Source of the DNA: Callorhinchus milii
Lineage: Eukaryota
Assembly (NCBI RefSeq): GCF_018977255.1
Contig: NW_024704743.1
Span: 18,974,001-19,038,000, forward strand
Direction: 5' to 3'
Length of the DNA stretch: 64,000 nt
Each line of letters opens with the position of its first letter. The first letter of the stretch is position 1. The notes below the pieces were generated by a model. The model was not told where the DNA came from. It saw nothing but the letters and a program-made list of their open reading frames with translations, and did not search any database. Positions 1-12,106 of this stretch are shown in pieces. A program made the position numbers and the translations under genes.

Positions 1-194
1 TTTGTTTGGGACACAACATGTGCCTGCGACTGCGAGGATGGTAGGAGGCGAACTGGATGGACCTTGGTCTTTTAAGAATTTATGCCATATATCAAAAAAT
101 ATTCAATCAAGGAAAAAAAATGAAAAACACACGACCGATCGTACACACACTGCAACAAAAACAACAAAACCTAATAAATGGCAGCTAACATATG

Positions 195-330
195 TTCAGA
201 CCAAACTTAACAACTTTTTTGAGGAGGTGACGTCCCAAATTGACTGTGGGAAGCCACGGATTTCCAAAGCTGTTTGACAAAATATCACATGTAATACTCT
301 TTCACAATCTGGGGTCCCAGAGTATTAAAG
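195..330 (+). mobile_element. CR1-like LINE RT fragment (degenerate)
   Basis: Translates to LNNFFEEVTSQIDCGKP then a frameshifted DF-K-FDK-like stretch, typical of CR1 ORF2. A similar piece lies at ~31640-31870. Confidence 0.7.
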
Positions 331-499
331 CAAGAGGCATACACAATTATAAACAGGAGAGAACATGATGCACCAATAATAAATAAATAGTCCTTGATAT
401 AGGCTTTATCATATCGTCAAACTCTTCACAGGATTTAACTATAGATTTGTAGGTATGTGGCAGGCAATTTGAGCACAACAATTTCCCAGCAGAATAAGG

Positions 500-725
500 G
501 TACACAGGTTTAAAAGGGGGATTTCACCACAAACATCAAGTATTTATTTGCTTAGAGGGTAATTAACAATTGGAACTGTTTATCGGGAAGGGTGGTTGAG
601 GCCAGGACTCTGGACGTCACTGGAGTCTGTGCTGTGCTGGAAAGACAGTAGGGTAGGTATTCTGGAAGGATGAGATCAAGTGGGCTGAAGGGAGTCCTTC
701 ATTTGAACCTTTCTGGTAACCTATG
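500..725 (+). mobile_element. CR1-like 3' end fragment
   Basis: ttatttgcttagagggtaattaacaattggaac...gtgggctgaagggagtccttc resembles the CR1 3' ORF/UTR. Confidence 0.55.
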
Positions 726-959
726 CCGGAGTGCTATATATTGAGCCAGGCTAACATGCATGATTTCATTGCAGCTGAACACGAATGTCACAATATAGTA
801 ACCTCTAAATACTGAGGTCTGATTTACTCTTTTCACTAAATCATTAATAGAATGGCATAAGACCAAGACTGTCACTGGAAGGTTAAGAGGAAGATATGTT
901 CAAGCAGTGGGTTATCAGAATATGGAATGCTTTGCCTCATGTGATTAATACAAAAATGA

Positions 960-1330
960 ACTTACATTTTTATAGTATTTTATAATGTGTTGGAAATGTT
1001 TCAGCATTTTACAGTATTTACTGTCAGTCTGGTGACTTTTGGTAGCCAAGGGCAGCAGTCAAATGTGCACATCAAGAGACTACAGAAACACCATGGGGTG
1101 AATACCTAATTAATCAGGAGGATTAATTATCTGGCCAAGGCACTGGGAGAAATTCCATTCTCTTTTTAAATAGCATCATAAGATCTTTAACATCCCCCTG
1201 AACAGGCAGACGGGAACTCAGTTTAATATCTCGTCTCGTGGATGGCATCTTTGACAATGTCCATTCTCCAGTATTTAAGTGACAATGAAGGCAATGAAGT
1301 GACAGCCTAGTCTATGAGTTCAAGTCCCAT
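960..1330 (-). mobile_element. SINE family B (SacSINE1/DeuSINE-like), degenerate
   Basis: Contains gatctttaacatccccctgaacaggcagacgggaactcagtttaa, shared with other B copies. Confidence 0.7.
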
Positions 1331-1473
1331 CTCAAGCATAGACCATTTCAAAAGAATTTACGGAATTGGAAAAATAACATTTGAATTGGATATAATTGAA
1401 TATAAAGGGGAATTTGGGAATAATGTGGATAAGCTAGTATGAGTGTAGTTGGTTGAATAGACCCTTCCTATGC

Positions 1474-1855
1474 TAATAATCCTTGCATTTGATACAGTGC
1501 TTATCATGTCAGTGAGCTGTTTCAAAGCACTTTGCAGTATTTCACTGTGACTTGTAGTGACTGTGCATTTTGTAGGCGATTGCGACAGACCGCACAAAAT
1601 GAATCATCAGAACACGGGGAGAAACTCCCTTTTCTTTTTGAGTAGTGCCATGGGAACTTTAATATCTATGTGAACAGTTAGATGGGACTTCAGTTTAAGA
1701 TCTCATCCAAGACAGCACCACCGACAATGCAACATTCTCCCAACACTACATTTGTGTGTCAGTCTGCACTGTGAATTCAAAGACTTGATACGGGGCTTGA
1801 ACCTACAACTTCCGACTCAGAGATGATAGTGCTATCAACTGAGTCAGGCTGACAC
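1474..1855 (-). mobile_element. SINE family B, near full length
   Basis: (TAA)n tail at ~1475, Deu-like core, reverse tRNA-like head (cttgaacctacaacttccgactcagag...gagtcaggctgac). Confidence 0.8.
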
Positions 1856-1927
1856 CTGGCAATCCCCATGGTAGTAAATAGCATTATACAAGCGTGACAA
1901 AAAGATCCCTAAGCAGTAAGTGAGACA

Positions 1928-2180
1928 CAACAACAACTTGCATTTATATAGGGCCAATCGTATGAGATAATGTCTTCGAGCACTTCAGAGTGGCAGGGTT
2001 GGACATCGTGCAAGAAGGAAGGGAAAGAGAGAGAGAGAGAGAGGTGATAATAGGTGAAGTCAAAGAAGTGGGTTTTAAGGTGGGATTTAAAATTGGACGA
2101 GATGGTGGGATAGAGACATGGAGTTCCAGAGGTTGGGGGTATAATAACTGAGGGCTTGACCACCAATGTTGTGTTGGATT
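1928..2180 (-). mobile_element. L2-like LINE 3' end
   Basis: (AAC)n-ttgcatttatata tail followed by a purine-rich reverse 3'UTR/ORF end. Confidence 0.6.
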
Positions 2181-2334
2181 TGGGTTTAGCTGCTGCTGCC
2201 GTCCTTGCTGTCCTCTCTCTCCCCTCCTCCTCACATTGCATCAGAAGCTTCGACATCAACTCTGACCGCATTAAAATTTTAACACAGCACATGGGTAACA
2301 CAATCTCATTAAAAGGACCGGCTCCATGTATACT

Positions 2335-2645
2335 GCTTGAAATTGAGTGTCAGCTCTGACACTCATACAGTCTAAGATGACACTTCAATTCAGTGCTGGG
2401 GCGTGCTTCATTGTTTGAGGTGCTGCTCTTCAGGTGAAACATTAAACCAAGGTCCCATTTGCTTGTTCAGGTGGATGTCAAAGATCCCACGGCCCTGTTT
2501 TAAAAGAGAAGAGAGTTTCTCCTAGTGGACTGGCCAACAATCCTCCAAATAAAATTGATCATTCATTTCATGGCTGTTATGGGATATTATTGTGTGGAGA
2601 GTGGCTGCTAAATTCACCCAAAAAACAGTCACTCCACTTTACAAT
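2335..2645 (+). mobile_element. SINE family B body, abutting a reverse SINE tail (2645-2755)
   Basis: ttaaaccaaggtcccatttgcttgttcaggtggatgtcaaagatccc core. Confidence 0.75.
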
Positions 2646-3008
2646 GATAATAATCTTTTATTTGATATAACTCCTTATCATGTCATTAAGACATCTTAAA
2701 AACACTTCACAGAATATATGGTAAAGTGGATTGACTATGTATTTCATGGGCAATAAACACAAAATGGGCTCCAAACACTTTTAAAGATTTTAAAAAATTT
2801 CTCTCACAGTCCCTTTGCCTTGCCTCATCTTCAAACACACTTTTGGTCTCCCTCCTACTACTACCTCTCAGTCCTCCACTCCTCCTGATCCCAATGCCCT
2901 GCTTGGGTCCAAATCTATGACTGTCCAGTGCCTTGGGAGGTCTTCCCGATGTGAAGGGTGCTTTACAAATATAATTTGTTTTGTTATTGTTGTTTTAGAA
3001 GATCCAGT

Positions 3009-3280
3009 GGAGTCCTGTAGCTTAGTGGTTAGAGCACTCGCTTCGCATGCCAGAGGACCTGGGTTTGATTCCTGGGCAGGGAAAAACATTGGGTGAGTTT
3101 CCTTTGTTTGCCTCTGTTTATCAGTAGTAAGAAGGAACCCGGTTGTTAGTTGATTAGCGGATAGCTTTTCCTGGGGTAATAATCCTTCAAAAAATAAATA
3201 ATTATAATAATTTGGTCACTCAATCCACGACTGTTAGTGGGACACTGCTGTACGCAATTGGCTGCCGCATTTCACCCACA
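3009..3280 (+). mobile_element. SINE family A (tRNA-Ala-like head), long subfamily, 3' truncated
   Basis: ggagtcctgtagcttagtggttagagcactcgc... A/B boxes followed by the family body. Confidence 0.85.
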
Positions 3281-5237
3281 TCTTTCTTACTCCTGCTCTT
3301 GGCTCTGGTCCAGGGCTTTGTACCCACTATTAGGAAACACATTTCAGACTCTGTGCAATGAAAAATGTGATATGTGGGGTAGGGTGTAATGTGTATTTGT
3401 GAAAAATTAGACATTTAAAAAGAGTGGTTTAATACAACACATCAGCTCTTGTGAAATATCACACTTTTCACCCTATGGCATGTTAATTATCGCACGGCTA
3501 AAAATTGCTGGTTAACCAGTCAGAATTACTCTCCTCCGGGGGGAGAAGTAAGTAGCAATGGAATATTGGAATCAAGTCAAAATCTGTTGTGATGGTGTCA
3601 GTAATCCTGCTCCTGAGCCAGATAGATGTGCAATATTCCAGGCCACTTCTGATGACAGTCCAGCCAGTCTGGCTCAGCGGGTGGACTTGGAAGGGAAATC
3701 ATTGACAGACATGGAAGGAGCCAAAGTGGCTGTCTTCTAGGTCATCAGATCGCTGTCTGCGTCACTTTTCACACACTGTGCTTCCACAGCATGCAAGATA
3801 TGACATTGGCAGATGCCTGCTTATCGGACATCTACCCTTTTGTCTTCTTCCACACCAACCGATGATTTAAAATAATAATATTCATGATAATAATCCTAGC
3901 CCATCAGGAAATAGGGAGTGGGGAAAGGGCAAGAAAATGGATTGCTTTTTAAATGAGCCAAAATATGGGCTGAATGACCTTCCTCTGTCCTTTAAATGTC
4001 TATGGTTTCTATGGGAGTTCATCTCAAAGAATTTCACAGGATCTTACTGTGTATTTTATAGGTGAATTCTGGATGCTCTAAAACGCTACATAAAAAGAAT
4101 AAATCTAAACACAGATAAAAATTTTCCCTTAAGCTTCTTTCCTTTCTTACTTTTGATTCCCTGTTTTTAACTTGTGCTCCCCTCAACCCATTTGAGCCTT
4201 GGCATATAAGTGTTGGCACGCCATTCATCATGCCTGTGCTGGCTCTTTTAAAAAGAGGCATCACAGCCAAGCTTGACCTCTCCTCACTTGGTGGCCATGT
4301 GTACACACTACCATCAGAGGGACCAGGAGCCAGAACCTTGGCTGGCATTCCCCTCCCTAACCTGGGAAGGGCAGGACCAACAACAATCTGCATTTATTTA
4401 GTCACCGTCCCCTGGGGTAGCTTCTCAGAGCTTGACGCTGAGCCGGTAGGAGAGGGGAGGTGACTGTAAGAACGTTCAAAGAGGAAGGCCTTCAGACGTG
4501 ATCCAATTTAGCTTCTCAATGCTGCCCCACCTGAGACCACTAACTTATCATGGACCTGGAGTTGAATTATCGAGCTGCTGGTTCTGTAAGCTGTAGCTCT
4601 ATCCACTGCATCATCAAGGCACCCAGTGGCTGTTTGAGCACCTTGGGACGTCCCCCTGACATGAAAGGCGCTATATAAATGCAATTTGTTGTTGTTGTCA
4701 TTGTTGTTGCGTGCCGCAGAACATGAAAATGGGAATTGTTGACATATGCGGGTTGCTCCACAAGCTATCATGTTTTTCTAATATATTCCTTGCATCCGAT
4801 ATAGCATCTTTCATGTGGGGAGGATACTCAAAGCGTTTTGCAGGACTTACTGTTAAAGTGTAGTGACTGGTATCTTGTAGGCGAACACAGCAGCAATGTC
4901 CCACAGGGAGTCATTGAAGTCAACGGCTGATTTTAATCAGTGGGGAGTTGTTGACCAGGACAAGAGGCACTTATTACGGGAAGAGCATCGCTGTGACACG
5001 AATGTGGTATTTTCACAGTTCTGGCAAGAGGAGAAGGTCAAGAGGATGCAGGTGGCAGCATCTTCATGTGTTGAATTAACACTTCAAAATAAAAACCCAG
5101 CATAATGAAAAGTATTTTAAGCAGTCCCACAGAGTGCTCGCGGATTAGTAATACCAACTGACTAAAAGATGTTAATTCATTCTCACTATAACATCCACAC
5201 TTCGCAATTTTTTGTCGAACGCTGGAATCCAGTGAAA

Positions 5238-5251
5238 GTTACCATGGAAAC
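5238..5251. promoter_or_regulatory. RFX X-box motif GTTACCATGGAAAC
   Basis: Near-palindromic match to the X-box consensus GTTRCCATGGYAAC, in unique sequence. Confidence 0.45.
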
Positions 5252-5699
5252 AAATGCTGTGCAATCGTCAAATGTATGTCCCTGGCATCTCTCTGTGCAG
5301 GAGAAGCTGCGCTGTGTTGATCTGGAATGAGGTGGTGATTTAGGCTTGCTTTCTTATGAGCCAAAAGACTGGTAGGTCGCTGACAATTTGACAACCTGTT
5401 TCTGATATTAAAAAAAATGGTATTTACGAGTAGTCGCTAGTGATGAATTTAGTTTGGGTTAGAGCATTTTAGCTGACGATGAAACCTCAGTACTTCAATT
5501 TCAGAAGTTCTTAACTGAAATGCCTAGATTTCTCTTGAACTTGTGCCAAATGCTGTCGTTTACGTGGGGGGAAGAGCAGAGTTAAGTAGATAATGGACTC
5601 AAGTAATTTTGACGACAGCTGGGGACACGGAGCCTATTTTTTTTAAAAATGTACTCAACCACCATATTCACAAGTTGCAAATTTTTACCCTCTCGAAAG

Positions 5700-6772
5700 C
5701 AAGATTTTTCTTCAGAAACGAACTGACCAGCCAGTTGCTGTTTTGCTTGAACATAGCCTGATCCAAAGTTGCGCTGAAGGGGAGCTAGGAGCTCGGAAAT
5801 GGTTCAGGCCAACCTGCTGATTGAGTAGGCAGAGATGCTTTCGCATAATCCGACTTCAATCAACCAACACTAATCACTACTGATAGTTGTAAAATTTAGC
5901 CTGGATCTGCTTAAGTAATCTGGACTGACGTGAGGTAGAGGCGGAGAGCGGAGAGAGAGAGAGAGAGAGAGAAGAGTGAGCGAGAGACAGAGAGAGAGGA
6001 GAGGCTACAGTCAGCTTTACAGGTGAATCTGCTTTGGTGTCATCAGTTCTGAGAGCCAATTGTTGCTGTTTGTCAGGTTATTTGACTCTAACTGCAGAGC
6101 TGTGTTCACACCAGGTGCACCGTGATACGTCTGCAACAGCCTGGAAGTAATGCTAGGTAGGAGCTGGCCTCCTCCGTACATGCATTATTAAGTGAACTGA
6201 AAAGCAACTGCTTGTATCATCCTGACAGAGGCACCGACAACTAGTGCTGAAGTTCAGCTCCGCCGCAGGAATCCGCAGGGAAAACTGAAATCACCGGCCC
6301 TTCAAGGTCTTCCCAATGCTAGTCCTTTTTGGTATTTATGTCTTAATGCTTTCTTAAGCCACCGTCTCAAAGACTTCATTGAGGCTTGGTGAGTGATTGG
6401 GCGCTGCTCTGTCTCAGCAGTGCCCCGGCGAGCCCAAAGGTATGAGGTTTCTTGTCTCCGCTCCGTGCTTGTGAAAATTCCAGCAAGATTTAAAAAAAAA
6501 GTCTGCCTTTCTGCCTGTCCTGGAGATAGAGGATTTATCTCTTAAATTGATTGACTGATATACATTTTTAAATGATATTTTGGGCACAGCCACTGTGTTT
6601 TGACATCTGGTGGGAAAGTGGACATGGATCAACTTTTCGGTATCTTTTTTAACGATAACTGTGCCTATATCAATCAGGCCAGGGAACTGTATAGGTTTGG
6701 GTGACCAAAACAGTCGGACCCTCCCCACCCAACCCCCACCCTCCCTCTATTACCTCCTCCATCGGGTTACCC
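5700..6772 (+). promoter_or_regulatory. Candidate promoter and long 5' leader of the first alternative exon
   Basis: About 2 kb free of interspersed repeats with more CpGs than the flanks, a CRE-like TGACGTGA (5926-5933), a GA tract and a reverse CCAAT (GATTGG, ~6395). Ends in a coding micro-exon. Confidence 0.5.
5937..6004. repeat. Imperfect (GA)n purine tract
   Basis: gagagcggagagagagagagagagagagaagagtgagcgagagacagagagagaggagagg. Confidence 0.9.
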
Positions 6773-6853
6773 ATGCTGGTGGGGCTGCTATTGGTCTTCA
6801 CAACGCCGAATGTTGCCATGCTCAAACCGCCTAAGGCCAAAAATGTCTCCTGG
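6773..6853 (+). CDS. CACNB2: Putative alternative first coding exon at the beta2a-like position (MLVGLLLVFTTPNVA-MLKPPKAKNVSW; second in-frame ATG at 6818)
   Basis: In-frame ATGs at 6773 and 6818 (GCCATG), phase-0 donor TGG|GTAAGT at 6853/6854. Basic peptide ending VSW versus recalled beta2a ..RRRVRVSY. Downstream of a promoter-like island. Confidence 0.55.
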
Positions 6854-9800
6854 GTAAGTGTTGTCTCATTAAAATAATAGCTCCGGGTTAGATGTGCGCT
6901 TGTTTGACAGTGATATAACTGTTTTTGCTGTGTACATACCTGTGAAGTTTGACCTGTTATTTTTACACATGTTGAAACTCAAAGCCACCTGTTAGTTTCC
7001 ACCGATGTTTTCGTACCTTGAGTTTTTCTGTAATAGCACTGATATCATCAAGTTTTTTTTTAAACTTGGACAGAGAGCAAACTTTCAGCAGGACAGTTCT
7101 CTTCTCAAGTTGATTTATTATTAATAACTATAATAATAATAACTTGCATTTATATAATGCCTTTCATGTCATTTTGAAAAGCGTTCTCAAAGCATTTCTG
7201 AAATATGAATCCTTATATTTGGAATAGCCCCTTTCACATCACATTGGGAGGACATCTTACAGCACTTCACAGGATATACTGTGGAGTGACTGTGTTATAT
7301 AGGCAACGTGACAACTAGTCTGCACCAACAGCGCTCTAAATAAAAATGAGATATGCAGCCAAGTATTTTGCATTTGGAGGTAAATTTGGATTAGGAGGGG
7401 AATATAAACCAAGATAACTGGGAGAAAGACTCCACGTTCCTTTGAAATCATAAGGGTTCCGTTACATCCACCTGAATCATTTATTATCTCATGGAAAAAT
7501 ATTGAGCCCATGAAAAAAATATTTTTGTTTGACAGACAACTTTGATTCTTTAAGCTGCAGAGAACAATTGACCAGAAGCGTGAGGTGTGACCAATATTAA
7601 TTGCAACACGGCATGAGAATGATTACAGAGTAATGGGAATCTGTCAAAACTGCTAGAATTAGAAGCATAGAAACCATTTAACCCATTATATTAGCCCCCC
7701 CGATTCAGCATCCACTCCTGTCACTGTAAAGTGCTCAGAAATAACCTTCTAGGTGAAGGGCATTGTATAAATATAAGTTGTTGGTGTTTTCCATTCCAGG
7801 AAAGCCTGCTATTTTATCGCCAATTTCCTACTCTTCCTCCGCATGTGCTTATCTGATTCCCTTTTCTTTGTCCTATCAAATCTATTCCGAGAACCATTCC
7901 TAGCAAATCATTTCATATTGTGATAACCCCTCGGGGAGAAAGAAAGCCTTCCAAACTTTCCCTTTAACACTGTAAGTTATAACCTTACATTCATGTGCTC
8001 TTTTCCTTTAATCACCTACCAGTGGAAATAGTTCCTCACCATTTATCCTCTCAGATCTTTTCATTGCAAACATTATGTTTACCTAGCAATAAGTAGGAAC
8101 CTGTTTTTTTAGACGATTGGTGGATTGCTTTCCAGGGTTATTTGCAAGGATGATTATTATTGTGTACCATAGCTCTATCATATCACAGCTCAACCTTCTC
8201 TGCTCCAACAGAGAATGTCCCAACCTCTCCAGCTTCCTCTCCTCATAGTTGTGTCATTGTAAAGCAAAGGCAGAGCAGCTACAGAGCTGGTCGGGCTCCC
8301 AGCAGATTAAAAACAATCCTACCAGTTGTACCACTGGTCGTCTTATCTGCCAAGCTCAAAGAGAAATGTGCCTCTGTTAGTAAGGATAGTATGGATTGAT
8401 CTGATGTGCAAGGACAATTTACCAAGCTGTTTGTCACAGTAATCCGGGCCTGATGAAAAGCACGACATGTTTTCAATGTGACTAAAAGGGGTGTTGCCAA
8501 TAAAAAGGGAGAGTGTTGAACACCTGAGCGTTCAAGCTGAGGCAACAAAAAACAAAAACAGATGGATGGTTTGTAAGAGATCAAAGGAGTTCAGATTATT
8601 CGGGCTGTGCAAACCCACACAACCCCTTTTCATTATTTACCTCCTCCTCCACACCCCTCTCGATCTCGATACATTTGTATTTGGGAAATTAGATACCAGG
8701 GTTTTGAACTTCTTGGTTTTGCATCTCATACGTGCAGTTTACAAAATGCAATCAGCTATAAATGAAGGCTGACTCTGCAATAGGGTCAAAAGCACGAAGA
8801 ACAGATGCCATTTGTGGTTAGAGATTAGTTTCTCTAATGTAAAGTGCTCTGCAGCCTAAATCCAAGCTAATTTGGTCCATCTTTGTGAGCCTGCTGTAAT
8901 GTTACTGTACATAGAAAATTCTGTGCTTCGGTCATATGTTGGAAGAGGGAATTGGTGAGGGGGGGGAAAGAGTCGTTCTCTCAATTTATAATACCGACCA
9001 CTATAATAATCTTTCTTTATTAACAAATTTACATTAAGAGTTAAGATTTAGTTTAGAAGTGATAAATGGTATTCAGTATGGAAATGTTATTGTGATAAAC
9101 AGGGAGCTGTAACACATTCTGTGTAACTTTGAATGAAAGGAAATTGAGTCAAAATAATAAACTAGTTATAGAGGACAAATTATGATTTCTAATACTTTGA
9201 ATTTAAAAACTGCTATCATCAAGATCCAGAAACAAGCTACCAAATAAAGGCCGAGTCAACCCTTGTCTTGTATGCATCAAAGGTTCATGTTAATGTTGAG
9301 CTCCATTTTATTTTTAAAATAAAATGAAAACACGTGAAGCTATTCTTGTAAACTAAGCATCATTGGAATGATCTCCATTACCATAAATCAGTATTCAGGC
9401 CATATTTTTAAAATAAGTGTCATTTGGGCATGGTGCCAAAATGCAGTTGCTCTGTGTTTTCTTTTCAACTTCTAGTATCATTTAATTATAGATGGCAATG
9501 CATATCTATTAATAACTACTTTTGCGACAAGAATAATAGAACTGGGAGGCTGTTGTTATAATTACGAGAAAAGGCACAGTGCCATGGAATAGTGGTCCAG
9601 GGTTCATACCTTTATTTCCCCCAAGGGCTTTGTTTATGGCTTCAGTTGGTGCTGCCCTGGGTAAATGTTGAGCAAAACAAAGTCATTTTCTCTCATGGAG
9701 AGAGAGTACCCTCATCTCATTTTGTGTGCTACCCAGCAGACAGATTTAAATCAACACTAGCGGATTTAAAGGGGTGCTTTTTTTCTTCACTTTCCTTCTT

Positions 9801-9919
9801 GGCTTTCGATGACACAAAGTAGGGAGGTAGGGGGGAGGAAAGAAGCAGCTGTACACCTCTCGGTCGGTAACCGAGTCACACAGAGATAGATTTGTGTTCA
9901 GATGTAGGTCTTTATTATC

Positions 9920-10222
9920 ACTGTATTGTCAGAGGTGCCGTCTTTCAGATGAGATGTTAAACTGAGGTCCCACCTGCCTGTTCAAGTGGCTGTTAAAGAT
10001 CTAACTTCTTGAGAAAAGAGAAAGGGTTTTCTACTGATGTCCTGGCCTACAATCCCCCAGATAAAATTGGTCATTCCCTTCATGGTTGTTGTTCATTGTT
10101 GTGCACAAATTAGCTGTCACATTTGCCTACAAAATATACAAAGTACATTTTACAGTAAACCCTGTGAAGCGCTTTGACATCCTTTTGATATGAAAGGTGT
10201 TATATCAAATGCAAGGATTATG
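9920..10222 (+). mobile_element. SINE family B (headless)
   Basis: gtcagaggtgccgtctttcagatgagatgttaaactgaggtccc core and aatgcaaggatta tail. Confidence 0.8.
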
Positions 10223-11687
10223 GGGGAGGGAGGGGAGAAGTGGATAAGGACTGGGTGTCATACAACTGACCTCAGTGCTCTGGTCTAGGAAACCGGAAAA
10301 TCAGTAAGGTTCCTGATCACTGATCTTTGGCCCATCTGGCAAGTACGTAGATGTGGATGGTATATTGGGTTGTGGGGTGCAATGGGTTTGACTAATGCCG
10401 CACTCACAACACAAAACTGCTTTAGGGTTAGCAGGGTGGTGGGATTGAATTGATCTCCTTGCTCCATGAGTCCTGAAGAGCAATGGTAGTTTCTAACTAC
10501 TCAGTATATTAGAATAGATTTCAACTGACTAAATAATATAAATTAGGTGTGGATTTGGCATTTGATTGTTCTTAGATACAGAATTTAGCAAAGAGAATCT
10601 TTGCATCTTAAAATACAATGAAACTGCCGGTGATATCAACTCATTTATAACAGAATACGAATAACTTTCAAGTTAATACTGACTGTTCAGTTGCCTCCAC
10701 TCTGTCCCTCCATATTTCCTAAGAACATTTGGTTTAGCAAAGGTTAAATTGAAAGAACTAGTGAACAGTTTCCAGGAACAATTTCTCTGTATGGTTGAAT
10801 CATTAACGCTAAGCCATGTTTGCCTCGTATCCAGCTCAGATTAAGATAAACAGGTGCAAAATCTTTGTTCAGTTGTTATTTGTGTTTTTATTTTGTGGCA
10901 ATTGTGGCTCCTTCTTTCTCTGCCTTTAGCGAGCTTCATCCTGTCAGCCCCGGTGATTTTATTTACAAGCATTATCTCAAATCATGTCACCCTCGTCTAC
11001 TGAATAATCGTTGCATTTAATATGGAGCCTTTCACGTCAGGAGGACCCTTTAAATCACATCGCAGGGTTTACAATAAAAGGGTAGTGTTTGTGTAATATA
11101 TAGGCCAATTTGTCACAGCATTGCCTTCAACCATAAAGTGAATGCCTAATTTTATCTATTCTGCATGTGATGCATACTGACGATACAGGATTGGGGAATT
11201 CCTACATTGTGCAATCATACAAATCTAGCAAGTCAAGTGAAAATGCAAAGATACCGGCATTTTTTTTTTTGCATTTTGTCAGCTTGCCTCACTGTGCATG
11301 ACTTATTTAACTTATGTTTTCTCAGCAGCACTTGTTACAATATATAAGTATTGAACATTCACCTGCTCTGCTACCATCCACAAAGTAATGGTATTTACTC
11401 AAACACTTGATTTCTGTACAATTTTTCCAAACGACAGCCTCACTGATGGGTGACGGCCAGAGAGAGTGACAGACCAGGGAGAGAGGGGAGTTCACAGATT
11501 AAATTAGTCTTTCCCGAAAGTGCCTAGGAAATTGAACAGTAATACATTTTGACAAAAGCATTAATTTATGTAGGTTTGATATTATTTAGTGGGAAAGGGG
11601 CATTCTGCTGTCCAGTGGAGTTGATGTCACAGCTGGACTCTGAACCTATCTTTGACTTTCCTGGGCCAATTCAGGTGTCTGCCTTGT

Positions 11688-12106
11688 TTGGTTAGTAATG
11701 CTCTCACTCGCACTCTCAGCATTAGAAGGGTGTGGTTTCAAGCACCATGTAGGGACTTTGAACTCATAGTTGAGGCTGAATCCCAATTCAGTGTTGTGGA
11801 GCATTGCATTGTTAGAGGGGTTTCTTCGGATGAGACGTTCAAACCGAGGCCTCTTCTGTCTGTTCAGGTGGGAGTTAAACATCCCTTGGCACTATTCAGA
11901 TAGTGAAGTAAGTTTGTCCTGGTCAACAATTCCCCAATAAAATTGGGTCATCCACTCCATTGCTGTTTGTGGGATATTGCAATGTGCAAATTAGCTGCTG
12001 ATTTGCCTACAAGAATATTTATCATGCTTCAGAACAAAATCATGTGACGTGATTTGAAATATCCTGATAATGTGGAAAGGTGTTATAACATATGCAAGTA
12101 TTATTA
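11688..12106 (+). mobile_element. SINE family B, full length
   Basis: Decayed head, ggatgagacgttcaaaccgaggcc core, gctgtttgtggga Deu-like block, (TTA)n tail. Confidence 0.8.

Noticed and set aside
6610..6834. 74-aa ORF from the track over the first exon
   Set aside because: Starts at GTG, has no ATG and stops before the donor; only its CC codons are of interest.
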